From: a virus
Taxonomy: Duplodnaviria; Caudoviricetes
IMG/VR virus record: IMGVR_UViG_2894625894_000003
Coordinates: 64,001 to 128,000 of that record
Strand: one strand, 5' to 3'
Length of the DNA stretch: 64,000 nucleotides
Of this stretch, positions 29,024-37,999 are shown piece by piece (positions within the stretch are counted from its first letter, which is position 1; each line of letters starts with the position of its first letter). The position numbers were made by a program, and so were the translations under genes. The notes under the pieces are model-generated. The model did not search any database and had not been told where the DNA came from. It saw only the letters and a program-made list of their open reading frames with translations.

Positions 29024-30802
29024 CTAAACAAGCTGAAGGGTTACTTTATTGGTATCGAGGTTGACAAAGCAACGGGCCGTGAGCTTTTCGACTCCCTGAT
29101 CGAAATAGTAGGGAACGTTAACCTGCCCGGTATCTTTTGAGGTAGAAGTGGTCCCCGAGATATAGAAGTCACTACCGTTTGACCGGGGGGTTGCTACAAG
29201 ATCACCGGCCTGCGTTCCCTGGGAACCCATAGCCCAAAAAGGCAGATTTTGAGTGATCAGCGGGGTAAGCTCCGTAACATAAAGGGCGATGGAAACAACT
29301 CCGGTATATCCCCTGGCCCGCAGTCGGGCACAGCTCACCATCATCCGGTTAAATACTTTGGCCGGCGGATTCTCTGGGTAGCCAATACTGTCGAAGCTGG
29401 CGGCCAGCACCGCATCGTTGGCTGACGAGCCACCAATGAAGCGTTGGGATTCATCCCCGTGTTTGGTGATAGCCGACTGGCCGGCATACATACCCGACTC
29501 AATCATATACCGGCAGGCGTAATTGACCTGGGGCGGATTCGGATTCCAGCGGCTGGCGTAGGCTTGTAAAGGTTTGTTATCGTAGTGGAAATTGACCGTT
29601 ACCACTCCCAGAATATCAGGGGATGGTGTGTCACACTGAGGGCTGACCACTTCGACGGTACGATCATACCATTTACTGCAGTCCACCCCGTTCCAGATAC
29701 GTACGGTCCAGTACTGTCCCTGCCCCGCCGGGGGTGCCGCAACCGAGATACTATGGTTACTGGTTGAAAATGTTCCTTCCGGAGACGAGCAGTCGTTGCT
29801 ACCCTGATACGAGCTACCCTGATAGGTCCGGTAGCGATTACCGTTGGTAATATTGGACAGCTTCAGGGTTGCCGGTCCCATGACATTATTGACGCAGACG
29901 GGCTGATCAACACTCAAATTGAAGGAAGGGTTAACCGGTTCAGCCGTACAGGCCGGACTGGTAACGGTGATGCTCTTATCGAGCCAGTCGCCACAATTGG
30001 TTCCTTTCCAGATCCGGACCGTGTACGTCTTGGATTCACCGGCTGGTGGTGCCGGCACCGGAATATCCACCCAGGTCGAATCAAACGTCCCTCTGGGGTT
30101 AACGCAGTCATTGGACCCTTGGTAGGTCGATCCCTCGGAAATATTATAACGGTCTCCGTTACTGACGGCCGTTACGTTCAGTACCGCATTGCTTAAATTT
30201 CCATTGGTGCAGGTGGGCTGGGTAATGCCCAGATTGAACGAAGGGGTTGCAGGTCCCGGTGTCTGACAGGAAGGCGTACTGATGGTTACCGGCATATCAA
30301 ACCAGTCTCCACAGTTGGCCCCATTAAAGGCCCGGATGACGTAATTCCAGGTCTGTCCTACCGGTGGAGGTGGCAATAACACCGTGCCGGAGTTACCTGA
30401 CCAAATACCATCGGGGCTGGTACAGTCACCTCCGGAGACAAACGAGCCATCCCGCAGTAATTTATAGCGGTCGGCATTGACGATGTTACTGATGCTGGCC
30501 GATGCATTGGTGGGTGTATTACCCACGCAGGCCGGCTGAGTAACGGCCGTAATGGAAAATCCAGGCTGGGGCGCCTGGGGTACGGGACAGCTCTTCTGGA
30601 AGGTTGTTGAAGCAGGTTCGCAGCCGGCCTTACTGATGACAACCGTGTAGTTGACTACCTGACCGTTGCGGACCGGGTTGTAAGCCGCCTTGTAGGAGGC
30701 ATAGTCAAAATCGGTACAACGTTCGGTATTGTCTCCCTCGGCCTTAATCGAAATGCTGTAGGGGGGCGTTCCCCCCTGAATGATTAACTGAACTTCGGCC
30801 AT
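29024..30802 (-). CDS. Cys-rich accessory fibre/adhesin with three tandem Ig-like repeats
   Basis: Three ~105-aa repeats of QP.C...DRY...DC..P.G...PP.G....Y.(I/V)R...C..W. Confidence 0.7.
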   Translation of the reverse strand: MAEVQLIIQGGTPPYSISIKAEGDNTERCTDFDYASYKAAYNPVRNGQVVNYTVVISKAGCEPASTTFQKSCPVPQAPQPGFSITAVTQPACVGNTPTNASASISNIVNADRYKLLRDGSFVSGGDCTSPDGIWSGNSGTVLLPPPPVGQTWNYVIRAFNGANCGDWFDMPVTISTPSCQTPGPATPSFNLGITQPTCTNGNLSNAVLNVTAVSNGDRYNISEGSTYQGSNDCVNPRGTFDSTWVDIPVPAPPAGESKTYTVRIWKGTNCGDWLDKSITVTSPACTAEPVNPSFNLSVDQPVCVNNVMGPATLKLSNITNGNRYRTYQGSSYQGSNDCSSPEGTFSTSNHSISVAAPPAGQGQYWTVRIWNGVDCSKWYDRTVEVVSPQCDTPSPDILGVVTVNFHYDNKPLQAYASRWNPNPPQVNYACRYMIESGMYAGQSAITKHGDESQRFIGGSSANDAVLAASFDSIGYPENPPAKVFNRMMVSCARLRARGYTGVVSIALYVTELTPLITQNLPFWAMGSQGTQAGDLVATPRSNGSDFYISGTTSTSKDTGQVNVPYYFDQGVEKLTARCFVNLDTNKVTLQLV

Positions 30803-30803
30803 A

Positions 30804-31331
30804 TTAACAGGTTGGGTTTACAGCCGTCACCGACAGCGTACAGCTGGTAGTACAGGTAACTGGTACCGTCTGATCGGCGGCTTTGCAACTGGCATAGCTG
30901 GAATCCGAAGCCCGTACCGTGTAGGTTTTTCCTGAGCTGACCGCATAGGCTTTGGTGGTACCTGGATTGAGCAGCTCGTTGCTGATTTCGGTCGCTCCGT
31001 CGAAGATCTGTACCCGTACCTGCCGGGACTGGGAAAAATTGACCTGTACATTGATCTTGGGGGCAGCGGCATTCGAGCAGTCGGCCGTGGCAAACAAACT
31101 TGGAATGGCGGCACAGGGACAGAGCTGGTTAAAGCTACTGGTAGCCGCGTTACAGGTGCCATTAGAAACCGATACGTTATAGGTATGTGACAGGCCATCC
31201 GGGATTGCGGTAAACTGGGCGGGTGTGGTGCCACTCAAATACCGGTTGGTACCCTGCGGGTCGGTATCGGCAGCAATACGAATCGTGAACGGACCCGCCC
31301 CACCTGTAATGTTTAAATCTACACTTGCCAT
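30804..31331 (-). CDS. Cys-rich Ig-like accessory protein
   Basis: Beta-rich; shares the N-terminal module of its neighbours. Confidence 0.65.
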   Translation of the reverse strand: MASVDLNITGGAGPFTIRIAADTDPQGTNRYLSGTTPAQFTAIPDGLSHTYNVSVSNGTCNAATSSFNQLCPCAAIPSLFATADCSNAAAPKINVQVNFSQSRQVRVQIFDGATEISNELLNPGTTKAYAVSSGKTYTVRASDSSYASCKAADQTVPVTCTTSCTLSVTAVNPTC

Positions 31332-31334
31332 AGG

Positions 31335-31883
31335 TTAGTCCACACAGGTGGAATTACTGATTTGAAGGGAGAGAGAACAACCGGCCGGTGGGTTAACCTT
31401 GACGGCCAGGGTAATGGGTCGGTTACCGCAACCGTTGGCAACGGTAACTTTGACGGGGTGAGTGCCCTGGGTGAACCCCCGCAGCCGAATGTAGTTGTGG
31501 GTGGACGAGCCCCCCTCGATAGCCACGAGCCCGGCTGGAACTTCCCAGCTATAGGAGAAAGGAGCCTGGCCACTAATACCCGTTACTGTCAGGACTACTT
31601 CCCCACCCTGGGGCATGGAGTCCGAACCCTGAAGGGATCCCCCAGTGGGAGGTTGACAGGCTGGCTGACAGGTGAGCGACACCTGCCGGGTAGCCGTGCG
31701 GATGCCATCAAAAATCTGGATGGCGTAGTTATGGGTCAACCCATCCGCCTGGGGTGTAAATTCGACATCGAACGCATCTCCCTGCCGGGAATGGCGGAGG
31801 TATCGGTTTTCAGTCGAAGGGGGCAGCGTCACCAGGAAACTGGGATTTTGAGCCCCAGGGTATTTAAACTTGACGCGGCTCAT
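31335..31883 (-). CDS. Ig/PKD-like accessory protein
   Basis: FSYSW...VKVTVANGCG; shared N-terminal module. Confidence 0.65.
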   Translation of the reverse strand: MSRVKFKYPGAQNPSFLVTLPPSTENRYLRHSRQGDAFDVEFTPQADGLTHNYAIQIFDGIRTATRQVSLTCQPACQPPTGGSLQGSDSMPQGGEVVLTVTGISGQAPFSYSWEVPAGLVAIEGGSSTHNYIRLRGFTQGTHPVKVTVANGCGNRPITLAVKVNPPAGCSLSLQISNSTCVD

Positions 31884-31885
31884 GC

Positions 31886-32338
31886 TTAGTAGGATTGTAG
31901 GTTAGTACCGGCAACCAGTTGCTCGAAGAGTTGTCGGAGCTGGGGTGTGCTGCGGATGACACTCAACAGGTTGGCTACGTTGAGGGTGATGACCCGTTTC
32001 TGATTGATGCCCGTTCCCTGAAGATCCACTGACAACAGGCCCGAATTGTCACTGACCAGCGGTATGGAAACCGTTCCCCCGGATTCAGAGGTACCCGAGG
32101 TTTCTTCCAACTCTCCGATTTTCTCATCGATGGCTTCCAGAATGGCCTCCAGGGGGCTGTCGGAAGGCATACCCAAATTGTCAAGTTGAGATAAGCTGTT
32201 GGGACGCCCGGCATGGTATCTGACGCATCCAGCGTCTATTTCGGCATCACAAACGCCCGACGAACGGCAGGGGTCGGCAACAACCGGTGGGCAGTTTCCG
32301 CAGGGCACGGAAGAGCCGCATGGTGTTTGTTGGCACAT
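31886..32338 (-). CDS. Cys-rich structural protein
   Basis: CVRYH...LG...LEAILEAIDEKI; paralog of 40234..40716. Confidence 0.65.
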   Translation of the reverse strand: MCQQTPCGSSVPCGNCPPVVADPCRSSGVCDAEIDAGCVRYHAGRPNSLSQLDNLGMPSDSPLEAILEAIDEKIGELEETSGTSESGGTVSIPLVSDNSGLLSVDLQGTGINQKRVITLNVANLLSVIRSTPQLRQLFEQLVAGTNLQSY

Positions 32339-32350
32339 GAACAGGTGAGA

Positions 32351-33196
32351 TTAACGGGGTTGCTGATAAACCCAGGTGCGGATGGTAGGAATAGAGCCCA
32401 GAATTAGGGCGTAGTCGAAACTTAATCGCTCGGTAGCGGAGAGAACCTTGGTAGGCGTTATGGCCAGGTAGCCCGTCGGATAATCACCGGGCCTTCCTTT
32501 GCCGGGAATACCCAGAAAACCAACGTTAAAATCAGTCTGTCCCCGGCTCCACAAACCTACGCAGTTCACGCCGGAATCGGAAAGAGCTACCCAGTTTTCG
32601 GTAGCACTAAGGGCTACTGCTTCTTCGGTACTAAGTAGGGGTTGACTCAGGGGTAATTCCAGAAAAGGATCATCTCCACCGTAGTAGACAGGCCGGTAAT
32701 ACTGCCCCGTCAGATAGACCAGTGGGAGCTGATGGATCCGGGCGGCATATACGGCTTTATCGAATCGGTTGAGCTGTAGTTCCCCGTGGACACGTAGGGC
32801 TGGTCCATCCAGCCACACCCACTGGTCGAGTACGGCTTCGGCCGGAATACCACTCGCTGTTTCTATAAGCAGATTAGTCCGGATATACCGGGTAGTCTCA
32901 TCGCCTCCCAGGTAAATAACGGGGTTGGGTGTATCATAGAAATCCGTAGTCTGAGCAGCTGACCAGCCAACTGTTTGATGGGACGTATGAAGCGGAAAGC
33001 CCAGCACCTGGTAGGGTACTGGGCCGCTCCGCACAATGATACCCGTTCGACGGGAGGCCGTCAGGGTGTTGAGCACATTGGGCTGGCCTTTCAATCCCAA
33101 TTCCAGGAGGCCCCCACCGGCCTGGGTATCCAGGCTACAGTAGAGGACCTCACTTTGGAGAGTGGGATCTGTCAGCGCCGGTAAGGGCGTGTACAT
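32351..33196 (-). CDS. Beta-rich protein paralogous to the C-terminal domain of the 1580-aa protein
   Basis: Aligns by eye to the neighbour's C-terminal third. Confidence 0.6.
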   Translation of the reverse strand: MYTPLPALTDPTLQSEVLYCSLDTQAGGGLLELGLKGQPNVLNTLTASRRTGIIVRSGPVPYQVLGFPLHTSHQTVGWSAAQTTDFYDTPNPVIYLGGDETTRYIRTNLLIETASGIPAEAVLDQWVWLDGPALRVHGELQLNRFDKAVYAARIHQLPLVYLTGQYYRPVYYGGDDPFLELPLSQPLLSTEEAVALSATENWVALSDSGVNCVGLWSRGQTDFNVGFLGIPGKGRPGDYPTGYLAITPTKVLSATERLSFDYALILGSIPTIRTWVYQQPR

Positions 33197-33214
33197 AAAA
33201 AGAATTTTTTGCTA

Positions 33215-36200
33215 TTATGGATTCGTGGCCGTCAGATCCCGGTAAGAGATCCATTTTATTTTCAACTCCTCGTTGGTCAGCACCGTATTGTTGTTTCGTT
33301 TACGGAGCACGAACGTCGTGATGTCGGTATTGTCCCAGTTGGCCATACCCGTCATATCGATTTCTACCGTATGAAACTGACCATCATTGGCGACATTGAA
33401 CTCTTTAAAAAATTCGCCCGAATTGACCAGTCCAGGTTTTACCCACCGCAACCACATGGCCCCGTCGGATGAAGTCAGCGCCATCCGTACATAGATCTTT
33501 TTGACTGTGCGGCCATTGATCCACCGTTCAGGCAGCGACACATTGTAGTCCCTTCCCGCGTTCTCCGTGTTAACCAAAGGTTTGACGGACAGGTACGAGG
33601 TAATGTTCTTTTCCAGCTGGTCTTCCGCTTTATGAAGAAAGAAACCCAGGCGGGATTTGCTGTTAAAGATGTATTCCGGTAAACCATTCCACTGAGCCTT
33701 CAGCCGGGTAAGACTGTTGACATAGGCCCGTATTTCGGCCTCGGTACCCTCCATGAAAGCCGCATCGAAGTCGTAGACACCATCCTTATCAATGCTCATC
33801 AAGGGAGCGGCTGCGAAATAGTTCGAGTTAAAGCTGGTCGGTTTATTGCTGGTAAAATTCTCCAGGTTAAACCCACCCACCGCAAACCGCGCATTATTAC
33901 TAATGATGGCAATGTAGCGATCCAGCGTCCGGTGTTTCATCAGGATTACCGGTTCGGAGCCAAGTATAGGCGGGGCCGCGATGCCCCCCATGGCTTCGTT
34001 GTAGGAATACTCGATGAGTGGGGCGTTGGTAAAGGGCTGACCGGCAATGTAAAAAACCCGCTTGTAGTCAGTAGTCGTATACCAGCAGGGGGCCTCTTGC
34101 TGGCGGGGAGTAGGATATTTTGTTGAATAGGAATCATTCCGGTCCATCTCCCAGCGGGCATGACGACGAACGACTTTCGAGTTACTTGGATCGAAATCAA
34201 TCCAGCCCTTCATTTTCATCCGCCCGAAAATACCCGCCATGTCCCACTGGGCGGGCGTTGTTTCGTAGAACAACCTCGAACCACTGTTATGCAGGACAAG
34301 TGTATTACCGTACGTAGGATTCATCCCCGTACTACCTCCTTGCACGGGATTGTAACCAATACTGCCGGCACCAGCGGGATGAAATTGTCCCGTTGATTGC
34401 CCTGCTTCGGTATAGTGCCCCTCACTATTTGGCCCCACATCGCCCCGTGGGTAGCCGTACATGGCATCCATGAGCTGGCGCCCCGCGTCGTCTTTTTGAT
34501 TATCGGGCCAGATGGGGGAATTGACGGCACTAAACAGACCACCATCGAACGACATGTAATCGATGACACTACCGAGCTTCGTGTTGACCGCAACCCGGGT
34601 ATTGCCATTGATGATAAAGGCCCGAGGGAATTGGAGCGTGGCTGATGGCCGGTTTAGCTCGGGTAGATTAACATACGTACTGTTATCGGCATACAACCCG
34701 CCATAGCCCGTTGTGGGTACATTGGGAGTACCGGTTGTAATACTCGCCAATCCCTGAGCAATCCGTTTGGCAATCTCCAAATGTCCCGCATCATTCCAGT
34801 GAGCAGCTACACCCGAATGGGCATTCGGATTTGGTGGATCAAATTCCGTGGCCCGGTAGGCAGGGTAATCAACCCGGTCCGAGAAACTAATAAAGGTATA
34901 ACCCCGCGAGGTCGCATACTCCTGAGCAGCGGCCGTTGACGTGGAATGGCCCGACCAGAAAGCCCCCCGAATCAGAATCCGACAATCACTGGTTTTAGGT
35001 ATACGGCTGATTACCTGGTCGAGTCCAGCAAAGTATTTTGCCTTGTCGAAGCTGGCTTCATAGATATTTTCCCCAATACTGATAACAATAGCCCCGAATG
35101 CCGGAGGGTTGTTACTAAACTGGTAATTGAGGTCCCCGGTGATTCGACTATTGTAGTCGTAATTACCATCCAGATAGGAATAGGTCTGTCCCTCGAAAGG
35201 AGCCCCGTGGGAACTACCGTAGACTTGTGCCGAGGGGTTAACCGTCCGAAGCATAGCCTGCAACCGGTGGACATAGTCCATCTCCAGGCTGCTGGCCGAC
35301 ATCCCGTTGCTACGCGGCCAGCCCGTAAACGAACCCGCATAGGTAAACGAGTTACCAAAAACGTAAACGTAGTTGATACTGGGCAATCCCGAAATAATGG
35401 TCGTATTATCGGGCGGGGTGACTGTGGCTGAACCAGGCCGGCTGATTCGGATACTTTCGGACGCTAAGTAGGCCGTGGGGGTGATAGTAACGGTATTACT
35501 ATTCTGAACAAAGCCTGCCACTACTGCCGTCAGGGACTTTATCTGCCCCCCTGTTCCGGCAAAGGAAAGGGCTTGAGGGGTGCCCCCGTTTACCGATACA
35601 TTGGCCGTACCGGGTGTTGACGTACTCTGGTAGTTGAGCACCAGCGTATAACTCCCGGGACCAGGTACGTTGGGAATAGTATACGTTAAAGCTCCATCTT
35701 TGATTTTCCCCGATGGTGCATCTGGTTTATCCCAAATTGAACCAGGGCCTTCAGCTAAATAACTCGGAAAGGTCTGATCATAGGCCAGTACCGTTTCACT
35801 ACCACATCCGGTTACTGACTGCCCAATGGTGATTGTCTTTGCCGGACAGTTGGCTTTGGTGGCTGTGGCGGTATAAAAATAGGTACCGTTGGTGGAGAGC
35901 TTGGCGGAAACCGTCTCGCCCGTAGATGATAAAAGACCGGCCCCCGTCCAGCTATAGCTAACCCCGTCACAGTTAGAACCTGCACAGGCAACCGAAAGGG
36001 AAAAGTTTGTATTACAGCCAACGCCAACTGGTAGAACCGTTGCCGTCAGCGTACCCATACAACTAGGTGTGGGGGTGACAGCATCCTTAATTACCCGTTC
36101 GGGCATGGCTTCACTGTTGGACGCCGTATATCGGTAATCGCCTGCCCAGGTAAACGTTTCCCCGTAAATATTGGTGAACCGCACCCGCATGTGCTGGGGC

Positions 36201-37957
36201 AGTAGTTGCACCCCCGCTGGCACATCATCGGGTTTGTAGGTATCAATGAAAGGTGCCCGCCCTTTGAGGGTAAAGAAGGTTGATTTACTCTTCCAGGTAC
36301 CCGTATCCCACCAGACGTTGACAGTGACCTCATCTTCAGGATCCAATATTGGCCAGGCTGCCACCAGCTGGACATAGTTACCCGTTTCCGAGATACGTCC
36401 CCGGATAATAGGCTCGTTCCATTTATCAGGAGTAGCACTAATGGCCCGGATTGGCCGGATCCAGTAGTGATTACCCCAGGGCAGGTGATCAAATTCAGAT
36501 GCCCGGTGGAGTGCTTTGGTAACCACTTCCCACTGGCCCAGACTGCTGGTATAACCCATCGAGCCACCCCGCTGGCCGGGAAAGTCAACCCTGTTTTCGT
36601 GACTGAGTGGTCCCCGTTGTAAATACTCCGAGTGCCACATCAAATCAGCATCGTGGAGCAGATACCGGAACAGCATACCGGCTTCCAGCCCTTCGGGATT
36701 CAGAGGCCGGCTATCTCCCTGTCCGGGTGCATTGGCTTCCTCGGTATGAACCCGGTACCAGTCTCCTGTCTTGATGTTGGCAAATTCAGCCCGGCGATCA
36801 TTCTTTCGGAGCGGGTACTGTCCGCCGTTTAACCACCAGCGGTGGGCATCATCAAACTGAACGTCCTCATAGAGCCAGGAGGTCCACCAATCGTATTCAT
36901 TCTCGTTGTAAAAGTTGGGATCCTTGCCGTATACGGTAAAGGTTTTGCCGTAAAGGGTTACCTGGCTATTATCCTCCCGAAGGATACGGCGCCCATTGAC
37001 GAGCTTGTAGGACCCATCTCCATTTTTCTGGTAGATGGTTCCCTGGCCAATGGTGTTTTTCCAGTAGTGGTCCCCCGAAGCGATACCACCCCCATTTGCT
37101 CGTAGGGCCTGGGCAATCGGAGAGTTCACATCGACGGCCGCAATCTCGGAAAAACCCTTCCAGTACATGTTGTTGAGAAACTCCCGGTTTTCGTACCAGA
37201 GTTTACCACCAATGACCCGTCCCTGGTCGGCATGCCCCTTGTAGCTCATGGTGTTCGGGGCAACCTTCTGGCCGTAGGTAAACACCTTCGAGCCTTCACA
37301 AACTTCCAGAGCACCCAGGTAGAGATTACCCAGAAAGGTTCGCATGACTGTCTCGCCCCCCGCATCCCAGTAGTGAGCCGACTCCTCATCGATGGATATA
37401 TATTTTGGGATCTTACCCCCACATATATCGTTTTTTAAAACGCCCCCAATCCAGCGGCCCATCAGCTTGGCGGCTTCCGTATTGGCCGTTGGAATCAGGC
37501 TATTGATGTATTTGCCGATTTCAGTTTTACGGGCATCGGAGCTGGGTAGGCTGTTATAGGCGTTCTTAAAGGCATCCGGCATATTTGCCGGGCTTCCTGG
37601 CATATAGAAGACAGCAAACATCTTCTGCCCATCCAGACCCAGATCACGAGCATCTTCCGAATTGCCCGTTGTTTGGTAGAAGAACTGGGGAGCCATCTGG
37701 CTATAGCCGTGGCGAAGAGCGTCATCATCCCACTCTCCCGGAGCTCCGGGAGACTTGCGGAAGCGGGGTCCCCAGTAGAGTACATCATGCGTAGGCAGGG
37801 CAAAGCGGGGAAAGATCCGCCAGTTGACGACGGCTTTGGCGGCCTGCTGGGGCAATGGGTAGTCATTACCCTTGGGTCGCAGGTAATTCCGCATTATCTG
37901 GGCCGGCGAGAGCTGGCTAACCAGCAACAGCAGGGCTAAGAGAATCCGTTTGTTCAT
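33215..37957 (-). CDS. Multidomain protein: signal peptide, Ig/CBM-like modules, SGNH/GDSL esterase, beta-rich C-terminal domain
   Basis: MNKRILLALLLLVSQLSPA-Q; VFGNSFT...IGEN...HWNDAGH. Confidence 0.75.
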   Translation of the reverse strand: MNKRILLALLLLVSQLSPAQIMRNYLRPKGNDYPLPQQAAKAVVNWRIFPRFALPTHDVLYWGPRFRKSPGAPGEWDDDALRHGYSQMAPQFFYQTTGNSEDARDLGLDGQKMFAVFYMPGSPANMPDAFKNAYNSLPSSDARKTEIGKYINSLIPTANTEAAKLMGRWIGGVLKNDICGGKIPKYISIDEESAHYWDAGGETVMRTFLGNLYLGALEVCEGSKVFTYGQKVAPNTMSYKGHADQGRVIGGKLWYENREFLNNMYWKGFSEIAAVDVNSPIAQALRANGGGIASGDHYWKNTIGQGTIYQKNGDGSYKLVNGRRILREDNSQVTLYGKTFTVYGKDPNFYNENEYDWWTSWLYEDVQFDDAHRWWLNGGQYPLRKNDRRAEFANIKTGDWYRVHTEEANAPGQGDSRPLNPEGLEAGMLFRYLLHDADLMWHSEYLQRGPLSHENRVDFPGQRGGSMGYTSSLGQWEVVTKALHRASEFDHLPWGNHYWIRPIRAISATPDKWNEPIIRGRISETGNYVQLVAAWPILDPEDEVTVNVWWDTGTWKSKSTFFTLKGRAPFIDTYKPDDVPAGVQLLPQHMRVRFTNIYGETFTWAGDYRYTASNSEAMPERVIKDAVTPTPSCMGTLTATVLPVGVGCNTNFSLSVACAGSNCDGVSYSWTGAGLLSSTGETVSAKLSTNGTYFYTATATKANCPAKTITIGQSVTGCGSETVLAYDQTFPSYLAEGPGSIWDKPDAPSGKIKDGALTYTIPNVPGPGSYTLVLNYQSTSTPGTANVSVNGGTPQALSFAGTGGQIKSLTAVVAGFVQNSNTVTITPTAYLASESIRISRPGSATVTPPDNTTIISGLPSINYVYVFGNSFTYAGSFTGWPRSNGMSASSLEMDYVHRLQAMLRTVNPSAQVYGSSHGAPFEGQTYSYLDGNYDYNSRITGDLNYQFSNNPPAFGAIVISIGENIYEASFDKAKYFAGLDQVISRIPKTSDCRILIRGAFWSGHSTSTAAAQEYATSRGYTFISFSDRVDYPAYRATEFDPPNPNAHSGVAAHWNDAGHLEIAKRIAQGLASITTGTPNVPTTGYGGLYADNSTYVNLPELNRPSATLQFPRAFIINGNTRVAVNTKLGSVIDYMSFDGGLFSAVNSPIWPDNQKDDAGRQLMDAMYGYPRGDVGPNSEGHYTEAGQSTGQFHPAGAGSIGYNPVQGGSTGMNPTYGNTLVLHNSGSRLFYETTPAQWDMAGIFGRMKMKGWIDFDPSNSKVVRRHARWEMDRNDSYSTKYPTPRQQEAPCWYTTTDYKRVFYIAGQPFTNAPLIEYSYNEAMGGIAAPPILGSEPVILMKHRTLDRYIAIISNNARFAVGGFNLENFTSNKPTSFNSNYFAAAPLMSIDKDGVYDFDAAFMEGTEAEIRAYVNSLTRLKAQWNGLPEYIFNSKSRLGFFLHKAEDQLEKNITSYLSVKPLVNTENAGRDYNVSLPERWINGRTVKKIYVRMALTSSDGAMWLRWVKPGLVNSGEFFKEFNVANDGQFHTVEIDMTGMANWDNTDITTFVLRKRNNNTVLTNEELKIKWISYRDLTATNP

Positions 37958-37964
37958 AGAAAGG

Positions 37965-37984
37965 TGGGGACCCGAAGGTCCCCA
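37965..37984 (-). promoter_or_regulatory. cUUCGg tetraloop hairpin
   Basis: Minus strand TGGGGACC-TTCG-GGTCCCCA, 7 nt before ATG 37957. Confidence 0.65.
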
Positions 37985-37999
37985 GTCTAAAGCGAAAGG

